From Trypanosoma brucei (taxonomy: Eukaryota): a stretch of 64,000 nucleotides of DNA. The stretch covers positions 928,001-992,000 of the forward strand of contig CH464491.1 of NCBI GenBank assembly GCA_000002445.1, given 5' to 3'. Positions within the stretch are counted from its first letter, which is position 1. Every line of letters starts with the position of its first letter. Below, piece by piece: positions 56,901 to 64,000 of the stretch. The notes beneath the pieces were generated by a model, which saw only the letters and a program-made list of their open reading frames with translations, did no database searches and was not told the origin of the DNA. A program made the position numbers and the translations under genes.

Positions 56901-58368
56901 GGAATGCGATGTGCTTCTGTCTGGTCCCATCCGTAGGGCGTTGGATCACCTTCATGACTACATGCTTCCTGCTGTTGGCTTGCGTTTCCTCCATGGCTTT
57001 TTCTCCCAGACTAGCAGCTCTGGTGAAAATCTCAAACTTACGCTCAATAGGCGGAAGGCGTTGTCGCTGGTGAAGGACACAACTGCCACGCTTCCTGAGC
57101 GCCTCAGCGGAAGCATTTTCGGTCAGGTTTACCAACTGTTACACGACAAGAATGTTTCCCTTTTCTGTACCAGCCGGAAGCTGTGGTCCGTTAATTTTGT
57201 GGGGGAAGGCGCTGATGACATTGGCGGGCCGTACCGTGAAAGCATCACACAGCTGTGTTCCGAGTTGATGGGCCCAAGCCTCCCGCTCTTTATTCCTAGT
57301 CCTAACCAAGCCAGCGAAATTGGGGAGTCTCGTGAGGTGTTTGTCGTGAGGCCTGAAATGGAGGCCCCTGTGCGGCTAAATATGTACCACTTCTTCGGTC
57401 GTTTTCTCGGCGGTTGTCTCCGTAGCTCAGAGCCGGTTCCGATTTACCTCTCCAGCCGCGTGTGGAAGACAATACTCGGTGCGCCAGTGGGCGTAAGTGA
57501 CTTGGGGAGGGTAGATGTGGCAACAGTGCAGTCGTATCGATACATTCAACAACTTAGCTCATTGGGTGGCGGTGAAGCGGGCGCTACAGATGGAGAGGTT
57601 GAAGAACTGTGTCCCGGAGGATTTACTGTTGTGGACGATATTGGAGTGGAGCGAGAGCTCTTTCCAGGAGGAAGCGCCATATCCGTCGGCCGTCACAATG
57701 TTGATCTTTTTCTCGAGCTTGCCATGGACTACAGACTGCACGTAATGGGTGAAGCGCAGGTTAAGGCAATCGCAGATGGATTTCATCAGGTGGTCCCCGT
57801 GTCTGCAGTATCGTTACTGAAGTGGTATGAACTGGAGCGCATGGTTTGCGGTCTGCCAGACTATGATGCGGATGAGCTGCTTGATGCAGCACGATATGAA
57901 GATCTAAATCCGGACAGCGTTATTGTGCAGTACCTTCGCCAAGTGCTGCGTCAGTTCTCTCGCCATGAGCGTGCATTGTTCATGCGGTTTGTGAGTGGGA
58001 GGGAACGACTTCCTTCCGGAGTGCGGCTTAAGGTAATGCTTGACACCTCTGCACAGCAGACGAGAGATGAGCGTGGTAACAACGCCTCAGGTGCCGACAA
58101 CGCGGAGAACTCCAACATGGGTGGCGATACGTTTGATGACAGCAGACTCCCACACGCCTCCACATGTTTCTACTGGTTATCGCTGCCGCGGTACAGTTCA
58201 GTGGAGGTGATGCGGGAGAGGTTGCTCTTTGCGATTCAACACTGCCTTGACATTGATGCTGACTTCATGGTGCGTGACACCGGTAGTATGGAGGATGAGG
58301 GGGAACCCATGTTGGCTGTAATTGTGGAGGACGACGACGAGTTTGAGGATTTTTCACATCTTCGGTAG
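44986..58368 (+). CDS. Giant HECT-domain E3 ubiquitin ligase (4460 aa) with multiple SPRY/B30.2 and ConA-like lectin-fold domains
   Basis: This is a single 13.4-kb ORF. The C-terminal HECT domain spans about 57150-58365. Its N-lobe start is FVGEGADDIGGPYRE, and its active-site context ASTCFYWLSLPRYSS has the Cys codon at 58165-58167. SPRY domains lie at about 45150-45590, about 55290-55770 (GFKHGRFYFEV) and about 56100-56520 (SGRWYYEVGL). ConA-like and pentraxin-like modules lie at about 47150-47500 and about 52990-53400. Confidence 0.9.
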   Translation: MDGLSTQYLQMANGPQSQMHDPVSVVNFVDQMQLAFERSTAPRKNFLLDSTTPRGDAIITEVSAMKPGNGWVTLQVTEGIRRGVHEWGVTIENQGETTDGSGLMLGIVPKSFSKYDSFISQGGGWCLSRAGKFYGHWRRHEANASVTFGTGDRVIFILDYEAARMTVRVGDKYVVGEISNIAPEVFPAVSLHYRHQFVRFEYRKVHDRQSKKLNWIERLAFPHATVFLPLTRQQLEDVPLGSYVFSPLFAEGQGCAPPRKRQGEHGPATGESLDTEERGAKLHCDYEAHSAAKARLTVVLRAIQAVRRYCTNGVVAAHTFLDRNVTAEMLRSQRHALATRGSDRRGGGDAAVDCGALILIHMFSHSSMTITGVTMLPVLRSLQEYLRSVDLFSLSEASVGCTNAGTIVSPDVVRMAADNVAGLIDRARRNECDSSNDTAVSGMGSTDASISLIPGLTELLVLVALQCGTVCEVLRAVRVLLRAPTSDVSPEMLTWLRLNKAALTPKCYLPKLHEAYDAIEEDMEHVTPFAPTIEVKVISVGYHRGAIYVHTADTLRRWGVFVGAYTPTSTTTEPRNCCLNCTSSSIAFMKDEGVIFHTDRMAGAGIAVVVYSSSLEIQQTVMLASVPQWPTTSNYVRMCSGPGHHILLVYDVPHSDTSSALRGTAAPVPSTTAGTLTDDASKASATGIEVQVLNGKKFPEVKWRTKLQFPPFDNTTRSCVTLRKGSVIDFGNPETYLNTTGGHITVEVWIKMLDKNDVSVFYQHGDRSTSGEVFLETARLEGAWRIRGGYRHDYRGMCVVSAPFNPASESRFVHVALVFDGNWRLHFDGEEVSRTKQCLQVALENPRQRWTAGNDCVCQLAGLRVWKGGRTFREIARDSSRVLGGDEPGLVCQYLFNEHNGNVVYNHVRGEAAAGRHAIVRGAFSRTVCNDHPLLASAHSEPALGTSTVRVTAPTYDLPKLEHAHVFYDGVHLGILEQKERAFHGFAEMKCLHQAVFFDIETGRGVYGSFMLRHRYKLGLLGCDENGRYWELFQAGGQPNVSLFGQQQQQAQLPATVSAGTLSVSPSAVLEEDHIAWHDNLEFLSFTSSVKSETPGDAPKGSIYGDMGTSSPTDNDINTQHMSFGALAIWLLNLLSSFSESNDTASTNSLFSPLLDDVSVRCVQEIRQLLHEHCRPVKSISSRRSLSLKDSTSTIAIGTAMRILLRLVRRVRDFRIHPDTIGLSEAASVGDLRGVFRELNAIQRRRSTDWSKAGDSFLTTPSQAATMAKAALSVPPKDIFNSISPTYIPHVGLGLLGILLDIINESGLSLPTELGSIACIIVNEGVTLFFPTAVVRANLLREILGKEEESMTRSPALSVLLHAIVRSFTDVTSAASLLQITEPDNCIPRRNDGIEPNRSKNDDTAAAYGKLAAVKSTLSTLVVECTQQVMRQAPNNLRQSQLSLLSTMAEAIGVLQMLLFSHCDEFGTVDVHEKMNKGIENMHSLHGVVGLGTTARDYYTELFDNAGLIFETFAQRLEVMSLGEEKETSGRVSFVLDVLGNSFVGSPLHTAITALPLMCSQEESGWLLGRLNHLSLRYRALLCSLRASMTTGTTLGSHRPLHVLDTALSLASSWVASFMSLGQISAPTIREESASPSHSTVSTPPHDNATDAPSCELSATLKEICDHPLLAAGIKKDDDKNDKKMEVLMKLQQRQAEWQSIARRDVVLASKTPVEIEEVISMAAIAVVHLSSARIEVLAMNECIELLAKTLVRLKGLRSGLLDKRSKSPGDFLAVQQNAKECCHFLLRVARVSDSTVIQMPSLYLARTYADRAQGDPKRPGNVNVDNWKRAVLIMRMKRLYHRALVYGWSLIQIPAAVALVERIILSPEIKASDMREAFEERERGALRRLSGLQHMYQLFQNNARLGCKVASLLFNGRVGGGRHFELGISASGDSTRCSYRQTMYDIIRRLCEITRPITNHKGFPEATTDGSASPASSPRGVVEPCRSATLSEVLNRQWLPSDFCFFREVRVVEVMFLSFCSIFQPNASETLRHERALELSHRGAVKGNRTHPVAGIGGSNNGTTFPSSTTAMSGGRTSGSGRPLAVVAPGGVGDEGNEQTLQRTPSEWALLESLNALKSLGLQCAAALGDENAAPNEVRGCVNFLDLVFEVLDEELRKCAYYASQPYYHSQDRVLEHIGLLCTLISTFARALPAGFICTEVVCPKAAFLAFRLWLVADVMVLASAMNVGACPLAEVCVHTSILLLRHCSPAAVNPLFTKESIMSVVRKLLPAVAADCAAVGYFFSFAIRCVSGDSSTGGSGASGSALGNFGDIGISCVASLHALLCSHPWDETFSAMRGPFLADLADSANGGEAMRPNGVRLLMWIYLIGGPPSASLGPGRKVFMCVDETLAATEEAYIVDCNAKAGTATVLPIQVGAFTEEHEVPLDNLINASQDEVLLPRSEVLFQFLLPALEQCFSPRLRPHSSPLPWAVIASLLRITLAVLKKDPSASYVLLERGIIAQVDDFAFRTPAKTPLPLRYLYEMWPLLLPQTMNCQQRALFDAVTSSSKDNDAKALSSGYVYPVRTPCHDIQGPPSDPSAHTANSLFSVAAAARYSVLPRLDVECSNADVDDYNGSGNMGGSPANISGSSVGCTGSPPLFSRLQQAHSSLCLTPSVLCFSGARGDPAGTLIMKGVSKDSCIPPWADGITIEASVLLYDRLFPELGEAFVIPASWGRPPISFSLFSLYEKKGDGRRSFLRVVLDEARMDCIIETAAVSAVVISTKLLQEDWDHWIHLAVVIDSKSITLYKDGAGVAAALPKHLGVYLENLFREGSVDRLVIGNISSDGKRTGRGVVSVDETDSDEASSSGGGRSYGKSSNGVVVALDSVRLWGCARSMKMQRSAADFVAREQTLPVYGVNDGSNVTFRFSEATGNETYAEKCEGVGVLSGSVRWAPFPVFSSNVNLDKVQRTDVAPPTALPLFIPRREFESFFATLDHSPALRLGGEYMQSICAHLSRQCVVAAIQQAMSPQYRVVHFEHCRTKGCGDVPASAIVDPRNIIASTELISHLINLLRYSDTGYLEEKVVLAVSQFVKVYFSSMTSEKRLLKGFREAAVAITKALHDETEPFCVELPTVSYVATDANLVPIATINGPGGVVSFDANSRGIEQMTLLRDRKQRVLLAKYPDAQSGWPELEVPSDSLWFYAKPSISTRSVAPSFTVSARSLKPQVACAIFAALREVLSSDARFHCGLGSFLNAPFISLLTVRTGTTKCAAVPSCRIFTSVLELWREFPQFSQQDQCPLKITLANLNAPLMSVLQRGHASVASSPIGRHNVRVQSVFELLVAAIRTEAAWDILTHNQRTQIRWRRLCSLWERSIGLCAPAITIGVNSSALPASATTALGNSNRNHKVSNVNAGGCGLSSSEHKHGYVHLVLLPFSGSTLQHQPKASIFQRGSGVWNAFCDRGFLSARSNVGFKHGRFYFEVRIPANGDPISVGAVTERAQQNSFLSPRGLGHDGDSWGFESAQMCRFYHGFRHEFTMRTKWKGLDVIGIMLDLETDTLACLHEERQVSVFDNFRASLGAGVPLSFFPAVSFGAGGVDVNFGAAPFAYRVPAGFVPVDPSNYMASPTSTPWMLISAIDVSECLARSGKKGTGTDASDGAVVATSSSKETRQLPPFLARANASAATYYEGRSGPLCVNLLPCGPKNKMTSVQGSEVRAEEDPRFFRGSVCVRSGRWYYEVGLRGDALISVGWATSTAATDWSRSRGLGDDAESWVLEGNRATARHNKHTRSVGGQLWKHGDIVGCLLDCEAGTIAYTLNGVPLQEAQNTDGEGILFRSVNHANGLMPVIGVDPKNTAVVCFCEEELSHLPKRCRALGTTSPLRKALENHFCGVDTSGVAERGVSGVCSTQFSPSLARRLLLTLSSLTELNFHNGAAYCLEDTLTKTDKAVLCDKFLGHKNAMQLLVTLQNLTSLAEAVIPYAGVPSIPMECDVLLSGPIRRALDHLHDYMLPAVGLRFLHGFFSQTSSSGENLKLTLNRRKALSLVKDTTATLPERLSGSIFGQVYQLLHDKNVSLFCTSRKLWSVNFVGEGADDIGGPYRESITQLCSELMGPSLPLFIPSPNQASEIGESREVFVVRPEMEAPVRLNMYHFFGRFLGGCLRSSEPVPIYLSSRVWKTILGAPVGVSDLGRVDVATVQSYRYIQQLSSLGGGEAGATDGEVEELCPGGFTVVDDIGVERELFPGGSAISVGRHNVDLFLELAMDYRLHVMGEAQVKAIADGFHQVVPVSAVSLLKWYELERMVCGLPDYDADELLDAARYEDLNPDSVIVQYLRQVLRQFSRHERALFMRFVSGRERLPSGVRLKVMLDTSAQQTRDERGNNASGADNAENSNMGGDTFDDSRLPHASTCFYWLSLPRYSSVEVMRERLLFAIQHCLDIDADFMVRDTGSMEDEGEPMLAVIVEDDDEFEDFSHLR

Positions 58369-58825
58369 GACTGCAGGCAGCAGGGAAACTTGTCTCTGGA
58401 GGGATACCCTTGCTGAGAGTGTCGAAGTGATGTTTGTGTTTGGGAGAATGTATGTCGGTGGTGAGTGTTACCGCGGACTGTTGTAATATTTGTTCGTTTG
58501 GTGTCGGGAAGGTGGCCCCGTATGGGCTAGAACAAGAGGGATTTTTGCGAAGCTCAATGCACCGTTCTTGGGAATCAGCCATTCTGCCCCGTGTTTGTCA
58601 TTTGCCGTACCTACCCTGGCATGTTATTTCACTCTGTCATATGTCTCTCCTCTTTCGTGTGGGTGCGTCCACATACGCTCCAATTCCCTACAGAAAGGGT
58701 GTGTGAAGAAAATCAAGTAAAAAAAAGGAGGAAAACACAGCAAACCCCCTCATTTTCACACACATACACACACAGAAAAAGTGAGTAGTAATTATTGTAT
58801 TTAATAGAAGTAAATCCTGAGCGTT

Positions 58826-59767
58826 GTGATGGAGGGAAGAGGGGGAGAAGACCCCTATATGCCTCCCCTAAGAAGGCGCCCGGGAACGCGACGGGACTAC
58901 CAGCCGCTCTACGCGTCGGACGCATCGCGTGGTCCGCGGTCCAGGCCGAACACGGCAAGATGTCATAGTCAACGTCCGGCTCCCCCGTCTGTACGCTGGC
59001 GCTCTCCGGACCACCTTAATACCAGCTACAGAGAAACTGACACATCGTCAATAATGCGTGCCACACCGAGAACTGGTCGGACACACGTTGCGGAGGAGCG
59101 GACGTCTAGGCACCAACAAAGGCGGTGCCAATCAGCAACACCTCCCGTGACGAGATCGGTGCTCTCCTGGGATCTGCAGGTACTTGACGGCGTTGAGTTA
59201 GGTTTCTCGGACCCAGGGTCATTGAGACTATTGGAGCTGCAGGTGCCTTGTTCCACAAGCGCAAATTTATTCGGCACCCACGAGCGGAGTAAGACGTTCA
59301 TTCCTGGCGATCCAGTTGGGTTGAAGTTGCGTCGCGACGCCATGAGCATCCACCCTTCGCGCCCTCGGGACCTTTGTTTCCTATCACCGGCTGCTGCGAA
59401 ACGAAACAACATACCGCTTTCCCTCGGGAACATCGGCGATGGAACGATCGCCACGATACCGTACTACCGTGTGAGTCGTATATCACGTTGCAGGTTCGCC
59501 TCCACTGACCGGCGAATCGTAGTACGTTTGACAGGTACCACTGGCCTTGTCCTTACCCTTGCTTTCACTGATAAAGCACTCTACACCACTGCCATGAAAG
59601 TTATCACTGGCTATTGCAGCAATTGTGACCGGAGGCCCGACGGGGTCAGATGTTCCTCTCCTGCTCGAAATATGTCACACCCGGAGGGTGAAGGAAGGTA
59701 CGTTTGTTTCGCTGAGCCGGAGGTGCGGACATTGCGTTCAAGCCGCGCCAACGGCTATACATATTAG
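58826..59767 (+). CDS. Hypothetical protein (313 aa), doubtful
   Basis: This is the longest + ORF between the HECT gene and the final gene. The N-terminal third is Arg/Pro/Ser-rich and low-complexity; the C-terminal two-thirds are more balanced. No recognisable domain was found, and there is only a weak poly-Y tract upstream. Confidence 0.4.
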   Translation: MMEGRGGEDPYMPPLRRRPGTRRDYQPLYASDASRGPRSRPNTARCHSQRPAPPSVRWRSPDHLNTSYRETDTSSIMRATPRTGRTHVAEERTSRHQQRRCQSATPPVTRSVLSWDLQVLDGVELGFSDPGSLRLLELQVPCSTSANLFGTHERSKTFIPGDPVGLKLRRDAMSIHPSRPRDLCFLSPAAAKRNNIPLSLGNIGDGTIATIPYYRVSRISRCRFASTDRRIVVRLTGTTGLVLTLAFTDKALYTTAMKVITGYCSNCDRRPDGVRCSSPARNMSHPEGEGRYVCFAEPEVRTLRSSRANGYTY

Positions 59768-61095
59768 TTCTGTAGGGCATGATGGATCCGCAGCCGTCGT
59801 TGGGGTTGTGAGGCAGGATTGCACCTGCTATTCTCATTGGTGGTGGTGGTTCCTTGTTTTTATTGTGAAGTGCTGAACGTAGGATCCTTTCTTTATGTTT
59901 TAGTTGTGTTTGTGGCGTTACGCGATGCCGAAGTGGCCAAAAGGTAGTTCACATGTATTAATACAGACTTTACAAATATTTATATATATAAGTGTGTACC
60001 TTGTCTCCTCCCCCTATTTATTTGTTTCGAATTCTTTTACTTTTCCTAACTGTTCTTTCTGTTGCGCGCTGCGCAGGGAGAATGAAGAAAGAGGGAGGAG
60101 AGAGCAAGAAAAAAAGTGAAAAAGCGGCGGTCCCTACGATAGGGGCTAGGCACCGCGTCTTTCGACCGCTCTCTCCCCTTTACCGATCTGTTGTTTGCTT
60201 AATTCGTTTGTTTTGTTTTTTTGCCTTGATGACGGGTCCTCACGGAGGCGGAGGACACCTTTTTATTATGGGCGCGCTCGCTAAGGTGGCCATGGTTTGG
60301 TTACTGTCGATAGTGTGTGTGTGTTTGTGGTTTTGTGTCTGTTGTAGTAGTCACTCACATTAACAGCACTCCAAGGGCAGCGAAAAGCCGGCGAAAAGGA
60401 CAGAATGGAAACATGGACACATATATATCCATGGAAACAAGCAAACATTCTTCCCCTAAGCAACTTTCATGTATGTATTATACCCACGTGTAAGTGCTCA
60501 TCCCACTCCTTGCGATTGACGGTAGGTGTGCATGCAGTTGCACTTACACATTACGTGATGGGGGAAGCTAGCAATGCCCTTCATAGTTTATTGTCTCCTC
60601 CCCTTTGTTCATTTTTGTTTTCTTTTCATACCTTTCCACGTTTGATATTTCTGTGGTACTCCAGAGCCTAACCTTCTCTGCTGCTTTGGTGCATCGGTGG
60701 AAACAAGGTTGGGGTTAGGGTCTTGGTGGTAACATCTTCCACCGGCCTTGTTATGTATGTGTGCGGTGCAGGGGAGCTAGCTCTGCCACGGGCCCGCATG
60801 GTTGTATCCTGTTATCCGTATTTCGCGTTCCTTTATATTTTCCCTCATCGTGATGATGCCCATCGGTTATTCAAACCCAAATTGCGGTGCGGGAGCCGTA
60901 TGTGTCCCGCTTTCAACGTTTGAGTCGCAACTTTCGACTTTGACTTTACGTCAATGCGCTCCTTCATGAATCCTTCCACTTGTCTTCTCTTCTCTTCATT
61001 CCTTCCTTCCGTACATGCATGTATGTACGTACACGTGTATAAATATATGTGTGACCGTGGATGTATCATCTTTCTAGTCGGCAGGCGAAGCGGAT

Positions 61096-64000
61096 ATGAA
61101 CAAGGCGGGTGTGTATTCTCTCCGCACTGACCCTTCCCTACAGGATTACTACGACGCCTGCGCAGAGGGGAGTGGAGATGAGGGTAATGGCAGCGGGGAT
61201 GAAAGTGATCAGGATTCTGGGAACTACTGGCGCTCCACGCGGCGCTCGCCGCTTCGTGGCAAAGCCCGGCTAAGGCTTTACCAGCGTGATTCCGTCCAGA
61301 AACTGCTGCGCGATCAGGGCTACTTCGCGAGTCGGGGCCCCGAAGCGGAAGCCGCAGCCTCTCTTCTCTCTAGGCCTCTGGTTTTTGCCGGTGGGAGCCA
61401 CGAGGCAAACATGTCGTGCTCAAGACAGCTACTTCCGCCATGCACAAGCAATGACAGTTACGTTCCCACAACGGAAGAGCGACTCATTTTTGATGCACTG
61501 TGTGCGCTGCGCCAATCGCCCAGTACAAGCTTTGCTGCGTCAGCAGGCCCCGAGGGAGCCAGTAATCTTGATCGCCCGGCCGTCTGGGCGCTACGGAGGG
61601 ATGTAATGCATACTGCGTCATTGAGGGGAATCTCTCTTAGCGTCCGTTCACTCGTGGATACGATACTCACTGGTTCCAATGAGGTGGCACGGGCCGAGTG
61701 GCAACTTCAGTCTATTTCAACATCCCTCTCCAAAGAAGATCTGAATACAATGGAAGATGCTTTCACCGATTATTCCGTAACTACCAGTGGGGATGAGGCA
61801 TTAATGTTGGCGTCACACCTCGTCCTCCGTCGGCTCTGCGGCATTGTTCGAAGTATCATGCGGGATGTTTCGATGTTGGCGCTGGGTTTCCTGGAAGATG
61901 AAGAGAGACAGCAGAGGCAAACTAACTCCTCAAGCTTCACGTACCATAGGAGGATGGAAATAGAAAAAGGCGTTGAAGAGGTGCTTCTTCCTCTGCGGCG
62001 GTGCATTCACATAATAGACTGCGCTTGCAAGCTGGAGGAGCGTGCAGAAAGCGAAACGGGCGAAGAAGATGACATAGACTCTATCGATCGTGCTTCAGGG
62101 TTGATGGACTACCTTATTGTTCGGATGAGTGCGCTTCAGGACAGTAGCACGATGGATTTATACCGGTTCTACATGGTGCTTTTGATGTTCTTCAGTTGGC
62201 CGTACGTGCAGCTCATAACGTCTGCTATTTTTGGTTTCGTGACGAAGATCGATTCGGACATGTGGAGGTCGCGTGTGCCGCGTATCTTCCGCCTCTCTTT
62301 TTCCCATATCCGTGTGGGGGAGGACCCCCGACGGGGTCAGAAGGCAGCCATCCTCCCAACGGATATACTTTCTCACGTCTTTTTGTGCGTTGGACATGCT
62401 CGACCGGAGGGGCGGCGGTGGTCTGGACGCGATGAGGGAGAGGGTGGGCACCAGCGGCAGAGGCAGTCGTTAAGCCGAGCCGAGAGGCGGGCCGCATATG
62501 GGTCAATGATGTCGTCGCGTAGCTTCATTCTTCATAGCTTTGTTGCCTTCGCTCGGCAAAGAGCGCTCAAGGGGTGGCGGCGCAAGCGAATGGCGGACCA
62601 TCACGCCATCTCTGGTTGTGTAGAGCAAGACGAGTGGGAGTTGTGTCGGTTTGGGCGCCTCGGATCTTCTGTTGAAGGTGGCGCCACAGATGCGTTGCCG
62701 CTAGCGTTGTGTACTTGTCATACAAGTGCGTCCACTCCCGTTGGGGTTGGGGCAACAAAATGGGGGCTTTGCGTAGAAAACTACAAAACTCATCACAACA
62801 TTGCACTCACCGATGGTGACAGACAGGAAAAAAGTGCGACTGGGGGGCGCTCGGACCTGTGGCTGCACCCGTTTATCCCGGCTGCTAGATGGGTGACAGT
62901 AAGTCTGCTTGTCCCCATCGCGCAAGTTGTGCAGCGGTTGCAAGAACGAGGACTGACCGACTTGTTGTCGGTTGCTGTCGTGCCTCCCTGTGTTAATAGC
63001 AGCGATACCGCTGACTTCGACGACCGCAATGAAACGGACGATGGGGCTCATATGGTCGAAGAGGGCAGTAGTATGGGGGAATTTCCCTCTTTGAAGTCAA
63101 TAAACGCTTTGCAAGTGTACAGCAGCGTCTCCGACCCGAGTGAAAGCCGTGCAAGTTTTCGCGACTACATGTCGTTGTTCATTGATATTGCGCTGTGTCG
63201 TGACACAGAGCGCATTGTGCACAAATTTCTGTATCGTCTTTTCACAGAGTCGCATTGGTGGTACCGTTGCGGTGAAGCGGAATACGCGTGCAGTGGGACC
63301 GCGTCTAGCTTCATTTCAAACACCTTCGCGGAGGCGATTAAAGAACATCCTCTCGGGCAGTTTGTTCGCCTCTCCGTCGCACCCAAGTTAGAGGTTGTAG
63401 ATGAGAATGACAATGGGAGCACCCGTGTTGATTGTCAGTCAGAAATGCTCCGCACTTTCGCCGCGTTTGAGCTCGTCTTTACTCTCCCGCCCGATGTTGA
63501 TCTTATACTTGTCCCCCGATATCTCTCAGTTGAGTGGGATGAGAGTGGAGATGTGCGGGAGACTTACACCTCCTATTTTTGGAAGCGGCGGCAATGCAGC
63601 GAGGAGCGAACAGGGCAACCAGCGGAATTGACGGATGCAACAGGGCAGCGGGCGCGAGATAGCTGGAGTTACTGCTTTGGTTACCTGTGTTCGCTTTACT
63701 ACGCCCAAATATCACTTCGAGAGCAAAGGAAGCGACTGCAGCGGCAGGACGTTGACGAATACAACAGCGCAGCAGCGCCAGGTGAGGCACTATTCGGGTA
63801 CCGTCATCGTGCTGTACGCGTTATTAGGGGCCTTGGTAGTGCCTACTTCGAGCTTTCATTTGCAGTTGATTGCCTTCTTAGTTTCAATAAAAACGTGGTA
63901 ACTGTTGTGGCGTGCGAAATGGAGAAACTGACGAGAGTGGGGTCCGCGAGTTCTTGTATAGCCCTGTGCCAGAGCCTTGACGCCTTGCTCCTTCGACTGC
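61096..64000 (+). CDS. Hypothetical protein, 5' part only (ORF open to window end, at least 968 codons)
   Basis: By manual translation, frame 1 has an in-frame stop at 61075-61077 and a first ATG at 61096. No stop follows up to nt 64000. Composition is coding-like and non-repetitive. The ORF is absent from the supplied six-frame track, which apparently lists only stop-terminated ORFs. Confidence 0.6.
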   Translation, partial: MNKAGVYSLRTDPSLQDYYDACAEGSGDEGNGSGDESDQDSGNYWRSTRRSPLRGKARLRLYQRDSVQKLLRDQGYFASRGPEAEAAASLLSRPLVFAGGSHEANMSCSRQLLPPCTSNDSYVPTTEERLIFDALCALRQSPSTSFAASAGPEGASNLDRPAVWALRRDVMHTASLRGISLSVRSLVDTILTGSNEVARAEWQLQSISTSLSKEDLNTMEDAFTDYSVTTSGDEALMLASHLVLRRLCGIVRSIMRDVSMLALGFLEDEERQQRQTNSSSFTYHRRMEIEKGVEEVLLPLRRCIHIIDCACKLEERAESETGEEDDIDSIDRASGLMDYLIVRMSALQDSSTMDLYRFYMVLLMFFSWPYVQLITSAIFGFVTKIDSDMWRSRVPRIFRLSFSHIRVGEDPRRGQKAAILPTDILSHVFLCVGHARPEGRRWSGRDEGEGGHQRQRQSLSRAERRAAYGSMMSSRSFILHSFVAFARQRALKGWRRKRMADHHAISGCVEQDEWELCRFGRLGSSVEGGATDALPLALCTCHTSASTPVGVGATKWGLCVENYKTHHNIALTDGDRQEKSATGGRSDLWLHPFIPAARWVTVSLLVPIAQVVQRLQERGLTDLLSVAVVPPCVNSSDTADFDDRNETDDGAHMVEEGSSMGEFPSLKSINALQVYSSVSDPSESRASFRDYMSLFIDIALCRDTERIVHKFLYRLFTESHWWYRCGEAEYACSGTASSFISNTFAEAIKEHPLGQFVRLSVAPKLEVVDENDNGSTRVDCQSEMLRTFAAFELVFTLPPDVDLILVPRYLSVEWDESGDVRETYTSYFWKRRQCSEERTGQPAELTDATGQRARDSWSYCFGYLCSLYYAQISLREQRKRLQRQDVDEYNSAAAPGEALFGYRHRAVRVIRGLGSAYFELSFAVDCLLSFNKNVVTVVACEMEKLTRVGSASSCIALCQSLDALLLRL

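Noticed and set aside
1-64000. CRISPR arrays, prokaryotic defence islands, or operon-like 'system'
   Set aside because: No direct-repeat and spacer periodicity, no Shine-Dalgarno or sigma-promoter architecture, and an unmistakably eukaryotic gene content. Tandem repeats present are simple microsatellites or coding repeats.

Overview
The window reads as nuclear DNA from a kinetoplastid (trypanosomatid) genome, not a prokaryote. All 15 credible protein-coding genes lie on the + strand, as expected inside a single directional polycistronic transcription unit. None has an intron, and no strand-switch region, tRNA, rRNA, CRISPR or operon-style signal is present. Spacers are long (0.5-4.3 kb), low-complexity, and full of (GT)n, (CA)n, (TA)n, (TTG)n, poly-T and poly-G microsatellites. 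Most genes show a polypyrimidine tract, then an AG, then a purine-rich leader before the start codon, which is the usual layout for spliced-leader trans-splicing. Species cannot be fixed from sequence alone; the roughly 50 % GC fits an African-trypanosome-like genome. Genes recognisable by motif are: squalene monooxygenase; a kinesin-13 with KVD and KEC signature motifs and an N-terminal SAM-like domain; a 1501-aa coiled-coil protein with a C-terminal membrane anchor; a CPAP/SAS-4-like protein with a TCP10-type G-box C-terminus plus poly-Q and E/R/K repeat tracts; a UEV/Mms2-type E2 variant; a RagA/Gtr1 GTPase; a 1056-aa hypothetical; an RRM protein; a P4-ATPase phospholipid flippase; an IQ-motif plus AAA-ATPase protein that is DRC11/IQCA1-like; a 187-aa hypothetical with a near-perfect trans-splice context; RanBP1; a 4460-aa single-exon HECT E3 ubiquitin ligase with at least three SPRY/B30.2 domains and ConA-like lectin-fold modules; a 313-aa doubtful ORF; and an ORF of at least 968 codons that runs off the 3' edge of the window. 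I see no evidence of a novel multi-gene 'system' in the prokaryotic sense. The points worth follow-up are the giant HECT-SPRY ligase, the tail-anchored coiled-coil giant, the CPAP-like basal-body candidate with coding tandem repeats, a 4.3-kb ORF-free spacer, an interstitial (TTAGGG)n telomere-like block, and mirrored homopyrimidine and homopurine blocks.
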